Part shown: piece after piece, positions 43,966 through 53,245 of the stretch
Layout: each line of letters starts with the position of its first letter
How positions within the stretch are numbered: the first letter of the stretch is position 1
Source of the DNA: Thermoplasmata archaeon
GTDB taxonomy: Archaea > Thermoplasmatota > Thermoplasmata > Lutacidiplasmatales > UBA184
DNA length: 64,000 nucleotides
Direction of reading: 5' to 3'
Assembly (NCBI GenBank): GCA_052325545.1
Contig: JBKQUP010000037.1
Span: 48,459 to 112,458 of the forward strand
The notes under the pieces: generated by a model
The model's database searches: none
The model's input: the letters and a program-made list of their open reading frames with translations, nothing else
Told to the model about the DNA's origin: nothing
Translations under genes and position numbers: made by a program

Positions 43966-43976
43966 CTTTTAAACCT
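43966..43976 (-). promoter_or_regulatory. TATA-box-like element (TAGGTTTAAAA on minus strand) for the rplX-pfdA-ftsY operon
   Basis: 39-49 nt upstream of the rplX ATG. Shares TAGGTTTAAA with the element at 171-180. Confidence 0.35.
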
Positions 43977-44234
43977 AGCCAGCGGCCGGCTCGGTCCGCG
44001 GCTCGAGCGCTCCGCTGGAGACGCCGAGCGGCTACCTCTTTCCTTCTTCGGCCGGGCGATTGGCCTCGAACTTCGCGCGTTCCCGATGCCAGCGCAGCTG
44101 GCGCTCGAGTAGTCCGCGGTTCGATGGGTCGACCGATGCGGAGGCCGCCCGGGGAGCCGCGGGAGAGCGGGTCGGAGGGTCGGGGACGGGAGCGGCGGGG
44201 GGTGAGGGAGGCTCGACCTCCAACTGGCGCTGGG

Positions 44235-45134
44235 TCACGAGACGAGAGCTACCACGCCCTTCCAACGGTCGTTCACCTCCTCGTCGCTCAACCCCACGGT
44301 AGGGGAGAATAAGACCCGGTTCCCCCACTGGGACCAGAATCGCGAGTACTCCTCGACCACGATCGGAAGCACGACGCCGTCCGCATGGACGTCTTCGGCG
44401 AGCGTCGCCAGTACCGGAGCCCACGCCTCCGCTCCCACCGGGGCCGCCGCGACGCGGACGGTAGGGTCGAACCGGGCGAGGGTCTCGCGGACGAACGGCT
44501 CTCCGTCGGGGAGGACGACCAGGGCGACCCGACAGCCCCGTTTCATCATGAGGAACGCACCGAGGGCCCCGCGCGAGCCGTCCACGAGCGCGACCAGCCG
44601 GCCCGCGACCCCGAGCGGGAGCCCGCCGGGACCCGGCGAACGGTCGAAGGAGAGGTACGTCCGCGGTCCCCGCACCTCGACGAACAGCTCCACGTCCGGC
44701 CGTTCGAGGTCCACCGTGAGGCCGCGGTCGGGGAACCGCTCCAGGACCGCGGCGCCGAGGTCCCCAGCGAGCTGCTGGCTCGTGAAGGGGTGCTGACCCG
44801 TGCGCCGCGCCCGGACCGCGAAGCTCACGCCCGGGCGCAGCCGTGCGTCGGCGAGCTCGAGCAAGCGCGTGCTGATGGCGGCGGGGTCGCTCGGGACCTC
44901 ATCGACCCGGCTGACGGAAGTGACCCCGAAGACTCGACGAACGAGGTTCGCCCCGCGTTCGGCGTCGTCCGTCTCCACATAGAAGTGTCCGCGGTCGGAC
45001 CGAATGCGTCCGGGGATGCCCTCGCGGACGAACTGGTCCAGGATGTTGCGACGCAGCGTGCTCTCGAACTCGCGGCGCACGGGAGGGGACTTGAGTGCGA
45101 GCTCCCCGTACCGGACCAGGAGCAGCGCGACCAT
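44235..45134 (-). CDS. ThiI-like THUMP-domain protein with a degenerate PP-loop
   Basis: ATG at 45134 gives MVALLLVRYGELALKSPPVRREFE (ThiI N-terminus) and a THUMP-like FAVRARR. At the SGGxDS position it reads LVDGSRGALGA. The track start at 45419 adds 95 Arg/Pro-rich residues overlapping the argS promoter side. Confidence 0.6.
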   Translation of the reverse strand: MVALLLVRYGELALKSPPVRREFESTLRRNILDQFVREGIPGRIRSDRGHFYVETDDAERGANLVRRVFGVTSVSRVDEVPSDPAAISTRLLELADARLRPGVSFAVRARRTGQHPFTSQQLAGDLGAAVLERFPDRGLTVDLERPDVELFVEVRGPRTYLSFDRSPGPGGLPLGVAGRLVALVDGSRGALGAFLMMKRGCRVALVVLPDGEPFVRETLARFDPTVRVAAAPVGAEAWAPVLATLAEDVHADGVVLPIVVEEYSRFWSQWGNRVLFSPTVGLSDEEVNDRWKGVVALVS

Positions 45135-45187
45135 CGCGAAGGTTAAGACGAGGGGACCGCTAAAGCGCTTCTCGAGCGGGTGGGTCA

Positions 45188-46984
45188 GTGTCGTCGTCCG
45201 AATCCCTCCCGTCATCTTCCGTGGACCCGTGGACCCCGTTCCTCGAGGCCATCCTGGACGGGATGGTCTCGGCGGCGGCGGCCTGCGGGGTCGCCCTCTC
45301 GAGGGAAGCGATCGCCCCGCAGCTAATTCTGGACGAGGGGGTCGAGGGCGAGGTCGCATTCCCCTGTCATCGGTCCGCTCAGGCGGCGAAGCGTCCGCCG
45401 AACGAGCTCGCGTCCGCATTGGCCGTGGCGTTCCCCGCTTCCCCGCTTCTCCGGTCGGTCTCCGCGAAGGGGGCGTACGTCAACTTCCGGGTCGACCCCG
45501 ACTCGCTCGCGCGAGCGACCCTCGACCTCGTCCTTTCCCGGGGCAACCGCTACGGCCACGCCGAGCCCGCAGGACCCCCCGTGGTCGTCGAGCACACCAG
45601 CGCGAACCCGACCGGCCCGTTCCACATCGGGCGCGTGCGCAACGGGATCATCGGGGACACTCTGGCCCGCATCCTCCGGGCGTCCGGGACCCCGGTGACC
45701 ACCCAGTACTACGTGGACGACATGGGCCGACAGGCCGCGATGGTCACGTGGATCTGGTCGAAGCCTCGGGAGAGCTGGCCCGAGCCGATCCGAAAGGCCG
45801 TCGACGGGGAGGAGGAATCGAACGAGAAGCCCGACCGACACTGGGGCCGGCCGTATCCGGCGGTCAGTGCCTACCTCAAGGAACATGAGGACGCCCGCGA
45901 TGAGGTGGGCCGGCTCGTCCAGCAGATCGAATCCGGCGAGGTCCCCGCCGAGCACCGGAAGCTCGCCGAGGCGATCCTCAAGGGGATGCTCGAATCGCTC
46001 TCCCGGCTCAATATCAGCTTCGACGAGTTCGTGTGGGAGTCCGAGCTCGTCCGGGACGGCTCGGTCAATCGGGTCTTCGAACGCCTACGGACGTGTCCGC
46101 ACGCGATCGAGGAGCCGAACGGGGCCTGGGCCATCGACGCGAGCTCCCACGGTCTGCCGAAGGAGTCGACCCATCTCGTCTTCCAACGCGGCGACGGCAC
46201 GAGCCTCTACATCGCGCGGGACGTGGCCTACCATCTCGCGAAGTTCGCGCGGTTCGCCCGCGTCATCGACGTCCTCGGCCAGGACCACCAGCTCCACGCG
46301 CGATGCCTGAACGCGTTGCTCGAGGAGATCGGGGAGACCCGGCGGCCGGAGTTCGTGATCTACCAGGACATCACCGTTCCCGAAGGGGGCCGGATGTCGA
46401 CCCGGGGAGGCTCCGCGGTCTGGCTCGACCAACTGCTCGCCGAAGCGGTCGACCGGGCCCGGGCGGAGGTCCTCGCCCGCCGGGAGGACCTCGCCGACTC
46501 CGACGTCGAGCGGATCGCCGAGGCGGTCGCGACCGGGGCGGTCCGTTACCACATCGTCCGGGCGGCTCCCGACAAGCCGGTCGTCTTCCGATGGGAGGAC
46601 GCGCTCTCGTTCGAGGGGCGGAGCGGCCCGTTCCTTCAGTACTCGTACGCCCGCGCCTCCGGCCTGCTCCGCAAGGGAGAGGCGCTTTCGCCCCCGTATC
46701 CGTTCGACACCCGCCGATTGACCCATCCCGACGAGGCGGCGCTCCTCCGGATCCTCTCCCGCTTCCCGCGCACCGTCGCCTACGCCGCCCGGACCGGCCA
46801 CGTCCATGCCGTCGCCGGGTACGCGCACGAGCTCGCCGACCAGTTCAATCGCTTCTACCACGCGGTCCCGGTCCTGCGCTCGGCCGAGGAGCGCGCGAGC
46901 CGGATCGCCCTGGTCGCGGCGATGCGGCAGACGCTCGGCAACGCGCTCGACCTTCTGGGCATAGCCCCTCTCGACGCGATGTGA
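45188..46984 (+). CDS. argS: Arginine--tRNA ligase
   Basis: HTSANPTGPFHIGRVRNGIIGD (HIGH region), MSTRGG (KMSKS-like), C-terminal anticodon-binding pattern. GTG start (alternative GTG at 45221). Confidence 0.9.
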   Translation: MSSSESLPSSSVDPWTPFLEAILDGMVSAAAACGVALSREAIAPQLILDEGVEGEVAFPCHRSAQAAKRPPNELASALAVAFPASPLLRSVSAKGAYVNFRVDPDSLARATLDLVLSRGNRYGHAEPAGPPVVVEHTSANPTGPFHIGRVRNGIIGDTLARILRASGTPVTTQYYVDDMGRQAAMVTWIWSKPRESWPEPIRKAVDGEEESNEKPDRHWGRPYPAVSAYLKEHEDARDEVGRLVQQIESGEVPAEHRKLAEAILKGMLESLSRLNISFDEFVWESELVRDGSVNRVFERLRTCPHAIEEPNGAWAIDASSHGLPKESTHLVFQRGDGTSLYIARDVAYHLAKFARFARVIDVLGQDHQLHARCLNALLEEIGETRRPEFVIYQDITVPEGGRMSTRGGSAVWLDQLLAEAVDRARAEVLARREDLADSDVERIAEAVATGAVRYHIVRAAPDKPVVFRWEDALSFEGRSGPFLQYSYARASGLLRKGEALSPPYPFDTRRLTHPDEAALLRILSRFPRTVAYAARTGHVHAVAGYAHELADQFNRFYHAVPVLRSAEERASRIALVAAMRQTLGNALDLLGIAPLDAM

Positions 46985-47114
46985 TCCGCGGCGGTCGCTC
47001 CCCGCAACGCCGGGGCGCGTCGCTCGACTCGTGGGAGGGGGGGCGGGTCCGCGGCAAGTCGGGTCTGGATACGCTCTTTAGGGGAGCGCCCTTCCCTCCG
47101 TCGAGGGTGGATGT

Positions 47115-47552
47115 ATGGGAGTCTATGCGGACTTCAAGAAGTTCCTGATATCGGGGAGCCTGGTGGCGATGGCCGTCGCCTTCGTGGTCGGTTTGGCCAT
47201 CGTCGCGTTGATCACCGCCTTGGTCAACGACATCATCGACCCGCTGATCGGCGCGGCGGGGCACGTCAATTTCGCGTCGATCGGCATCGTGACGATCAAC
47301 GGAAGCCCGGTCCTCGGCGGCGCGTTCCTGGGCGCGCTCGTCACCTTTGCCATCCTGATGGTGGTCGTGTTCTTCCTGATCGCCTACCCGTACCAGATCT
47401 CCCAGGACCGGAAGGCGGCCAAGGCGGGTGCCACGACCCGGGCATGCCCTGCGTGCTGCAACCAGATCCCTATCGCGGCGACGCGGTGCGGGTTCTGCAC
47501 CTCGACGGTCACCCCGGTGCCACCGACTCCCGCGCCGGTGGCCAAGAGCTAG
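47115..47552 (+). CDS. mscL: Large-conductance mechanosensitive channel MscL with a C-terminal zinc-ribbon extension
   Basis: DFKKFLISGSLVAMAVAFVVGLAIVALITALVNDIIDPLIG and a second TM helix match MscL. The C-terminus carries CPACCNQIPIAATRCGFC. Confidence 0.8.
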   Translation: MGVYADFKKFLISGSLVAMAVAFVVGLAIVALITALVNDIIDPLIGAAGHVNFASIGIVTINGSPVLGGAFLGALVTFAILMVVVFFLIAYPYQISQDRKAAKAGATTRACPACCNQIPIAATRCGFCTSTVTPVPPTPAPVAKS

Positions 47553-48241
47553 CGCGACCCCACCGGATCGGCCCGACCGGCCTCGGCAAACCCCTTCTGC
47601 CGAAGGCGGCACGCGTCACATTTCCCGCACGGAGCTCGCCCGCCCGCGTAGCAGCTCCAGGTCAGGCGCCAGGGAACACCCAGTCGCTCGCCGAGCCGGA
47701 CGATCTGCGCCTTCGAAAGGCGGAGGAGGGGTGTCTCGACCCGAACGTGCTCTCCCTTCTCGACCCCCGACTTCGTCGCGAGCCGCGCGAGGCGCTCGAA
47801 CGCGCGAAAGTACTTCGGTCGGCAATCCGGGTATCCGGAATAGTCGACCGCGTTCGCGCCGAGATAGACCGTCCCCAGACGGTGGCTCTCGGCGTACCCG
47901 AGAGCGATCGAAAGCAGGATCGTGTTCCGAGCGGGGACGTAGGTCGACGGGATGCGAGGAGTCGGCCGGCGACGGTTCGGGATCGGCCGCCGCGGGTCGG
48001 TGAGCGCGGAAGAGAGAAGTGGAGCGAGCGGAAGACGCAGAACGGTGTGCCGAGCGACCCGGTAGTGCCGGGCCAGCGCTCGAGCGGAAACCGCCTCGCG
48101 TGAGTGTCGCTGGCCGTAGAGCACCGTGAGGGCGTGTACCGGAGGGTGGTGCCGGACCGCGAGGGCGAGACAGGTCGCCGAGTCCATCCCCCCCGAGAGG
48201 AGGACGACACTGCCGGTCGGTCGCCTCGCCGTCCGCGTCAC
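47549..48241 (-). CDS. queC: 7-cyano-7-deazaguanine synthase QueC
   Basis: PP-loop VVLLSGGMDSAT, YVPARNTILLS, zinc cluster SCY...CGKCDACRLR. Confidence 0.85.
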   Translation of the reverse strand: MTRTARRPTGSVVLLSGGMDSATCLALAVRHHPPVHALTVLYGQRHSREAVSARALARHYRVARHTVLRLPLAPLLSSALTDPRRPIPNRRRPTPRIPSTYVPARNTILLSIALGYAESHRLGTVYLGANAVDYSGYPDCRPKYFRAFERLARLATKSGVEKGEHVRVETPLLRLSKAQIVRLGERLGVPWRLTWSCYAGGRAPCGKCDACRLRQKGFAEAGRADPVGSR

Positions 48242-49074
48242 AGGCCCGCCCCGGTGAGGATCAGAACCGCGGCCGAGATGGCCACGGCGCTGAGCATGCC
48301 GAGGAAGTTGATGGAGCCCTTCGAGAGGGTACCGCGGTTCTCGAGCAGCTCGCCGAGGATTGAGTCGACCTGGCAGGCGAGGAAGCCGACCGCCGTCACG
48401 AGGATCACGAAGAGGACCATGTTGGGCAGCGGCGTTCCGAAGACCCAGAAGAGGCCGAGGCCGACGAGCGCGGTGGTCACCGAAGCGGCCAGCGCGGCGA
48501 GCTGACCGTTGCGCGACACGCCACCGTTCGTGCCGGGAGGGACCGACTTTCCCGAGAGGATGCTCTGCGCATGGCCCGCAAGGACGCCGACCTCGCTCGC
48601 GAAAGTGTCCGCGGCGCCGAACGCGATGGCGCTCGCGAACAGGAGCGCGGTCGTGGCCGAATGGAAAAGGGGTGGCGAGACGCCGCCCGCGACCGCGAGG
48701 CCGGTCGGGATGATGATGTGGGCCACCACGTTCGACACGCCCCTCTCGCCGGCGTGCCCTTCCTGGACATGCTGGCGCTGCTTCTCCGCGAACCGGTATC
48801 GGGTGGCGAGGGCGCTCGCGGCCACGAACAGGGCGAGGAGCGCGAGGAAAGGGAAGCCAACGAAGACGACGATCACGACCCCGAACACGGCCGCGACAGC
48901 GCCCGCGCCCGGCGTCAGCGCCCGGCCGAGGACCGCTCCGAGCGCGAGGAGGAGCGTGACGACGACCCCGATGACGGCGTCCGTCCCGAGCAGCAACTTG
49001 GGGTCTCCCGCGGGCGGCAGTGGGTATTCGGTATAACCCCTTCGAGGAAAGGGCCGGACCGACGCCGGAGTCAA
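48238..49074 (-). CDS. DUF92/TIGR00297-like integral membrane protein
   Basis: About 7 hydrophobic segments. GERGVSNVVAHIIIP and GAADTFASEVG resemble the DUF92 conserved patches. 4-nt overlaps with both neighbours. Confidence 0.55.
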   Translation of the reverse strand: MTPASVRPFPRRGYTEYPLPPAGDPKLLLGTDAVIGVVVTLLLALGAVLGRALTPGAGAVAAVFGVVIVVFVGFPFLALLALFVAASALATRYRFAEKQRQHVQEGHAGERGVSNVVAHIIIPTGLAVAGGVSPPLFHSATTALLFASAIAFGAADTFASEVGVLAGHAQSILSGKSVPPGTNGGVSRNGQLAALAASVTTALVGLGLFWVFGTPLPNMVLFVILVTAVGFLACQVDSILGELLENRGTLSKGSINFLGMLSAVAISAAVLILTGAGL

Positions 49075-49631
49075 CCTCGGGCCAGGATCCGCAGGACCGC
49101 GTTGGAGAACGATCCGGTGATCATGTCAACCGCCCCGCTGTCCCGCAGCAGGCGATAGGTGGGTTCCCCCTCGTGGCCGGGCGTGGCTACGACCGCGGTC
49201 AGCAGCCCGAGGTCTCTTCCCGCTTCGACGTCCAGGTCTCGGTCGCCGACGATGGCGCTCGTGGCCATGTCGATGTTCCATTCGTCGCGGGCTTGACGGA
49301 ACAGAAGGGTGCCGGGCTTGCGGCACTCGCAATGGGTTTCGGGGGCGTGGGGGCAGTAGTAGAAGGCGTCCACGCGGGCTCGGTGGGGACGAAGGAGCTC
49401 GTTCAATCGCTCGTGGATCCGCTCGACCTCCGCGCGGCTGTAGAAACCCCGTTCGACCCCCGACTGGTTGGTCACGCAGATGACGAGGAACCCGTGGTCG
49501 TGAGCGAGCGAAAGAGCGTTCCCAACCCCCCGGAAAAGCTCGAGCCGTTCCGCCTCTCGCATATAGTGGAGGTCGGGGTTGAGCGTCCCGTCGCGGTCGA
49601 CGAACAGTGCCCGACGGACGGGGTGGGCCAT
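49071..49631 (-). CDS. HAD-IIIA phosphatase, GmhB / histidinol-phosphatase-like
   Basis: ALFVDRDGTLN (DxDGT), VTNQSG, zinc motif YYCPHAPETHCECRKPG, VGDRDLDVEAG. It is the C-terminal part of track ORF 49071..50153 (alternative ATG at 49658). Confidence 0.75.
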   Translation of the reverse strand: MAHPVRRALFVDRDGTLNPDLHYMREAERLELFRGVGNALSLAHDHGFLVICVTNQSGVERGFYSRAEVERIHERLNELLRPHRARVDAFYYCPHAPETHCECRKPGTLLFRQARDEWNIDMATSAIVGDRDLDVEAGRDLGLLTAVVATPGHEGEPTYRLLRDSGAVDMITGSFSNAVLRILARG

Positions 49632-49709
49632 CGAAGCGTCCGGTCCGGTCCCCGCCATCGGTCCGCCGAGTACCGGGACAGGATAAGGGTTCATGCTCGA
49701 GCGCCGTTC

Positions 49710-50483
49710 GCCGGCGCGATGGAACCCGCCGTCCCGGACCTGGGCAGCCTCCGAGAGAAGCTGAGCTCGGCACTCAAGGATGCGCTCCGTCCGGCCCAGG
49801 CCGCTCCGGGACCGCTCGGCATCCTGTTCTCGGGGGGCGTGGACTCCGCGTTGCTCGCCTGGGAGCTTCGAAACAAGCCCCACGTCGTGCTGTGCACCCT
49901 CGGACGAGAGGGGAGCCCGGACCTTCTCGCCGGGCGAGCCGGGGCGGATGCGTTGGGACTGCCCTGGGAAGGCCTTCGTGTCGGGGAGGGCGAGGTGAGG
50001 GCCGCCGAGGCTCGGTGCGGGGAGGAGCTCGCCGGGGTCCCGCCGGTCTCGCGGATGGTGCTCCTCTCGCTCGCGATCGCGATCGGCCAGGCCTCGCCGC
50101 CTCGACTCGTCTGCGGTCAGGGCGTTGACGAGCTCTTCCTGGGATACGCTCACTACCGAGGCCTAGGGGGTGCGGAGGCGGAGGCGCGCTCGCGCGAGGA
50201 CCTCCTTCGACTACATGCGACCGACTGGCCAAGAACGCAACGGATCGCGGAGAGGTCCGCTAAGGAGGTCCTTGCTCCCTATCTATCGCCCGCCTTCGAG
50301 GAGAGCGCCCGTCTCGTGCCGGTCGATCTTCGGCTGCCGGGGGACCTCCCGAAGAGGTTCTTCCGGGACTGGGCCATCGAGCGCGGTCTGCCGCCGGAGC
50401 TGGCCGCCCGCCCGAAGAAGGCGGTCCAGTACGGGAGCGGAGTGGATGCGCTCGTCCGGGCGCTGCGACGGGCCGAACGCTAG
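49710..50483 (+). CDS. Stand-alone asparagine-synthase-C-terminal-like PP-loop ATP pyrophosphatase
   Basis: ATG at 49710 gives 257 aa with the PP-loop ILFSGGVDSALLA and GQGVDELFLGY. The upstream part of track ORF 49020..50483 is antisense to the HAD gene, so it is not real. No glutaminase domain. Confidence 0.6.
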   Translation, partial: AGAMEPAVPDLGSLREKLSSALKDALRPAQAAPGPLGILFSGGVDSALLAWELRNKPHVVLCTLGREGSPDLLAGRAGADALGLPWEGLRVGEGEVRAAEARCGEELAGVPPVSRMVLLSLAIAIGQASPPRLVCGQGVDELFLGYAHYRGLGGAEAEARSREDLLRLHATDWPRTQRIAERSAKEVLAPYLSPAFEESARLVPVDLRLPGDLPKRFFRDWAIERGLPPELAARPKKAVQYGSGVDALVRALRRAER

Positions 50484-51433
50484 GCCTCGACTCGGGTCCC
50501 GGCCTCGCCGCGGAGCGCCCGCGCGAGCGACGGGATGTCGGTGATGACGAACCGTCGCCCGCCGCCGTCCAGGAATTCGAGGCCCGCGGCGACCTTGGGT
50601 CCCATCGACCCCTCTCCGAATTCGCCGCGTTTGAGGTAGTCGGCCAGCTCCCGGCGCGTCACCTGGGAGAGCCATCGTTCGCCTCGCTTGCCGAACGACA
50701 CGGCGGCGCCGGGGACATCCGTCACGATCGCGAGGGTGTGGATCCCGAGCTCGCGTGCCACCAGGGCGGCCGCGAGGTCCTTGTCGATCACGGCCTCCAC
50801 GCCTTCGTAGGTTCCGTCGGGCCTTCGGACGACGGGGATCCCCCCGCCCCCGGCCACGATCGGGATCCAGCTCGACCCCGCGCTCGACTCGAGAAGCGAG
50901 CGGACCGCCGTTCCCTCGATCCAGCGCACGGGCCGGGGAGACGGAACGATCCGCCGCCAACCGCCGCGCGCGCCGTCGTACTCCATCGCCCAGCCGTACT
51001 GCTTCCGAAGGACCCGGGCCTCGTCCTCCGGGTAGTACCGGCCGACCGGCTTGGACGGATGGCTGAAGGCCGGGTCGTCGGCCGAGACCTCGGTCCGGCT
51101 GATGACCGTCAGCACCGACCGGTCCACCTTCCGCCGGCGCAGCGCGGGGGTGAGCTCGGTCTGGATGAGGTAGCCGATCTGTCCCTGGGTCTCCGCTCCC
51201 AGGACGTCCATCGGTCGGGGCGGGATCTCCCGGGCGGCGAGCTCGTTCTGGCGGAGGAGAGCGCCTACCTGAGGGCCGTTCCCATGCGAGAGGACGAGCG
51301 CGTCCCCACCCGCGGCGATCTCGGCGAGGACCCCGACCGCCGAGCGCATCTGTCCGCGGGCCTCGTCCCAGGAGCCTCGCCCGCCGGCCCGGTGGAGGGC
51401 GTTGCCTCCAAGGGCGACCAGGATCCCGGCCAT
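50480..51433 (-). CDS. arcC: Carbamate kinase
   Basis: ILVALGGNAL, VLSHGNGPQVG, GGGGIPVV. 317 aa. Confidence 0.85.
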   Translation of the reverse strand: MAGILVALGGNALHRAGGRGSWDEARGQMRSAVGVLAEIAAGGDALVLSHGNGPQVGALLRQNELAAREIPPRPMDVLGAETQGQIGYLIQTELTPALRRRKVDRSVLTVISRTEVSADDPAFSHPSKPVGRYYPEDEARVLRKQYGWAMEYDGARGGWRRIVPSPRPVRWIEGTAVRSLLESSAGSSWIPIVAGGGGIPVVRRPDGTYEGVEAVIDKDLAAALVARELGIHTLAIVTDVPGAAVSFGKRGERWLSQVTRRELADYLKRGEFGEGSMGPKVAAGLEFLDGGGRRFVITDIPSLARALRGEAGTRVEA

Positions 51434-51483
51434 CGGTCCTCGGACCGGGCATTCCGGTCTGGGATGAATAGTTCGACGGTGGA

Positions 51484-52920
51484 ATGGGCTCCACGGGGGT
51501 CCGAGGCGCGCGGCCGGAATATGGCTATATACCCAGCGGCGGGTCTCGGAGCGTGACGGACGAGGCGGGGTCCCTCTTCTGCCCTCTCGAGTTCCGGTAC
51601 GGTCGCGACTCCGTTCGCGCCCTCTTCTCTCGGAATGCTCGGCTGAACCGGGCGTTGCGGGTAGAAGCCGCTCTCGCGCTCTCCGAGGCGGAGCTGGGCA
51701 TGGTCCCGGCCGACGCCGCGGCCGCGATCGACCAAGCCGCCAACCTTTCCCAGGTTTCGCTCGAGCGGGTCGATACCCTCGAGCGCACGCTCCGCCACGA
51801 CGTCATGGCCATCACCCGGGCCCTCGCCGAGGCGGCGGGACCGGCCGGTCGATGGGTCCACTTCGGGGCGACCAGCGCCGACATCACCGACACGGCCCTC
51901 GCCCTCGAGCTCAAGGAGAGCGCGACGATCCTCCGCGGTGACCTCACAGAACTCGCGCAAACGTTGGTCAAGCTCGCCCGTACGCACCGGGCCACTCCCG
52001 AGGTGGGCCGCACCCACGGGCAGCACGGAGTGCCGATCAGCTTCGGCTACAAGGTGGCGGTCGCCGCGGCCGAGGTAAGCCGACACCGCGACCGACTCGA
52101 CGAGCTTCTTCCCCGCTTGGCCGTGGGCAAGATGGCGGGCGCGGTCGGCACCGGCGCCGGTTTCGGATCCCATGCGGCCGACCTCGAAGCCTCGGTCATG
52201 CGTCGCCTCGGGCTCACCGCGGACGAAGCCCCCACGCAGATCGTGGGCCGCGACCGGATCGCCGAGTTCACGAACCTTCTCGCGTTGATCGCCTCGACCG
52301 CGGAGCGCCTTGCGACCGAGGTGCGGAACCTTCAGCGGACCGAGATCGCCGAGGTCGCGGAACCGTTCGACGAGGCCCACCAGGTCGGCAGCTCGACCAT
52401 GGCCCAGAAGCGGAACCCGATGGTCTCGGAGAACGTCACGAGCCTGGCCCGGCTCGTACGGGCCTTCGCCCTGCCGCCCCTCGAGAACATGGTCCAGTGG
52501 CACGAACGCGACCTCGCCAACTCGGCGAACGAGCGGATCGTGCTGCCGCACGCCATCCTCCTCACCGACGACCTTCTCACGAAGCTCACCGAGGTCTTCC
52601 GGGGCCTCCGCGTCGACGCGGAGCGAATGGCCGCCGAGCTCGCCCGTTCCGGAGGCGGCGCGATGACCGAGAACCTGATGCTCGCGCTCACCTCGAAGGG
52701 GCTCGCCCGGTCCACGGCCCACGAGCTTCTGCGGACCCTGACCAGCGAAGGAGCGAAGGGGCCCCCGCTCGTCGAGCGCGTCAAGGCGCATCCGGCGGTC
52801 CGAGCCCACCTTTCCCCGTCGGAGATCGACAGCCTCCTCGACCCGTCGACCTACGTCCTCGCGGCGGCGGCCAAGACCGACCGCATCCTGGCGGAGCTCG
52901 ACCGGCGCCTCGCGCGATGA
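51484..52920 (+). CDS. purB: Adenylosuccinate lyase
   Basis: CPLEFRYG, HFGATSADITDTA, signature GSSTMAQKRNP. The true start may be the GTG at 51553. Confidence 0.9.
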   Translation: MGSTGVRGARPEYGYIPSGGSRSVTDEAGSLFCPLEFRYGRDSVRALFSRNARLNRALRVEAALALSEAELGMVPADAAAAIDQAANLSQVSLERVDTLERTLRHDVMAITRALAEAAGPAGRWVHFGATSADITDTALALELKESATILRGDLTELAQTLVKLARTHRATPEVGRTHGQHGVPISFGYKVAVAAAEVSRHRDRLDELLPRLAVGKMAGAVGTGAGFGSHAADLEASVMRRLGLTADEAPTQIVGRDRIAEFTNLLALIASTAERLATEVRNLQRTEIAEVAEPFDEAHQVGSSTMAQKRNPMVSENVTSLARLVRAFALPPLENMVQWHERDLANSANERIVLPHAILLTDDLLTKLTEVFRGLRVDAERMAAELARSGGGAMTENLMLALTSKGLARSTAHELLRTLTSEGAKGPPLVERVKAHPAVRAHLSPSEIDSLLDPSTYVLAAAAKTDRILAELDRRLAR

Positions 52921-53186
52921 CGGACCCCCCCGTCGCGTGGACCGCATCGGTCCGGGTGCGCGCGGAGGATCCCACGGTCATGGATTGGCTCGAGCAAGCC
53001 CTTCGTCCGGAGGCGTCGCGAGAGGTCCCGCGCGCCCATGCCGAGTTGCGTCGCGGGACGGGGGGCTCGCTCGAGCTCACCATCTCCGCTCGCGATTCCG
53101 GAGCGATGCGGGCCGCCCTCAACACCTACCTCGGATGGATCCACCTCTCCCTCGCCACGGCCCGAGCCGCCGACCGGCCGAGGTGA
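52917..53186 (+). CDS. pcc1: KEOPS complex subunit Pcc1
   Basis: 89 aa: ASVRVRAEDPTVMDWLEQALRPE ... LELTISARDSGAMRAALNTYLGWIHL fits the Pcc1/CTAG pattern. ATGA overlap with the purB stop. Hidden inside track ORF 52497..53186. Confidence 0.6.
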   Translation: MTDPPVAWTASVRVRAEDPTVMDWLEQALRPEASREVPRAHAELRRGTGGSLELTISARDSGAMRAALNTYLGWIHLSLATARAADRPR

Positions 53187-53245
53187 GGCGCGCGCGAGGG
53201 ACCGGCTCCCGAAGCGCTTATGAGAGACGGCCGGTCACCCCGCCC

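Noticed and set aside
44032-44234. Possible small minus-strand gene between the ThiI-like gene and rplX (C-terminal peptide ...GLLERQLRWHRERAKFEANRPAEEGKR)
   Set aside because: The only ATG-initiated ORF (44032..44424) overlaps the ThiI-like gene in another frame and begins with Arg/Gly noise. There is no convincing start or motif.
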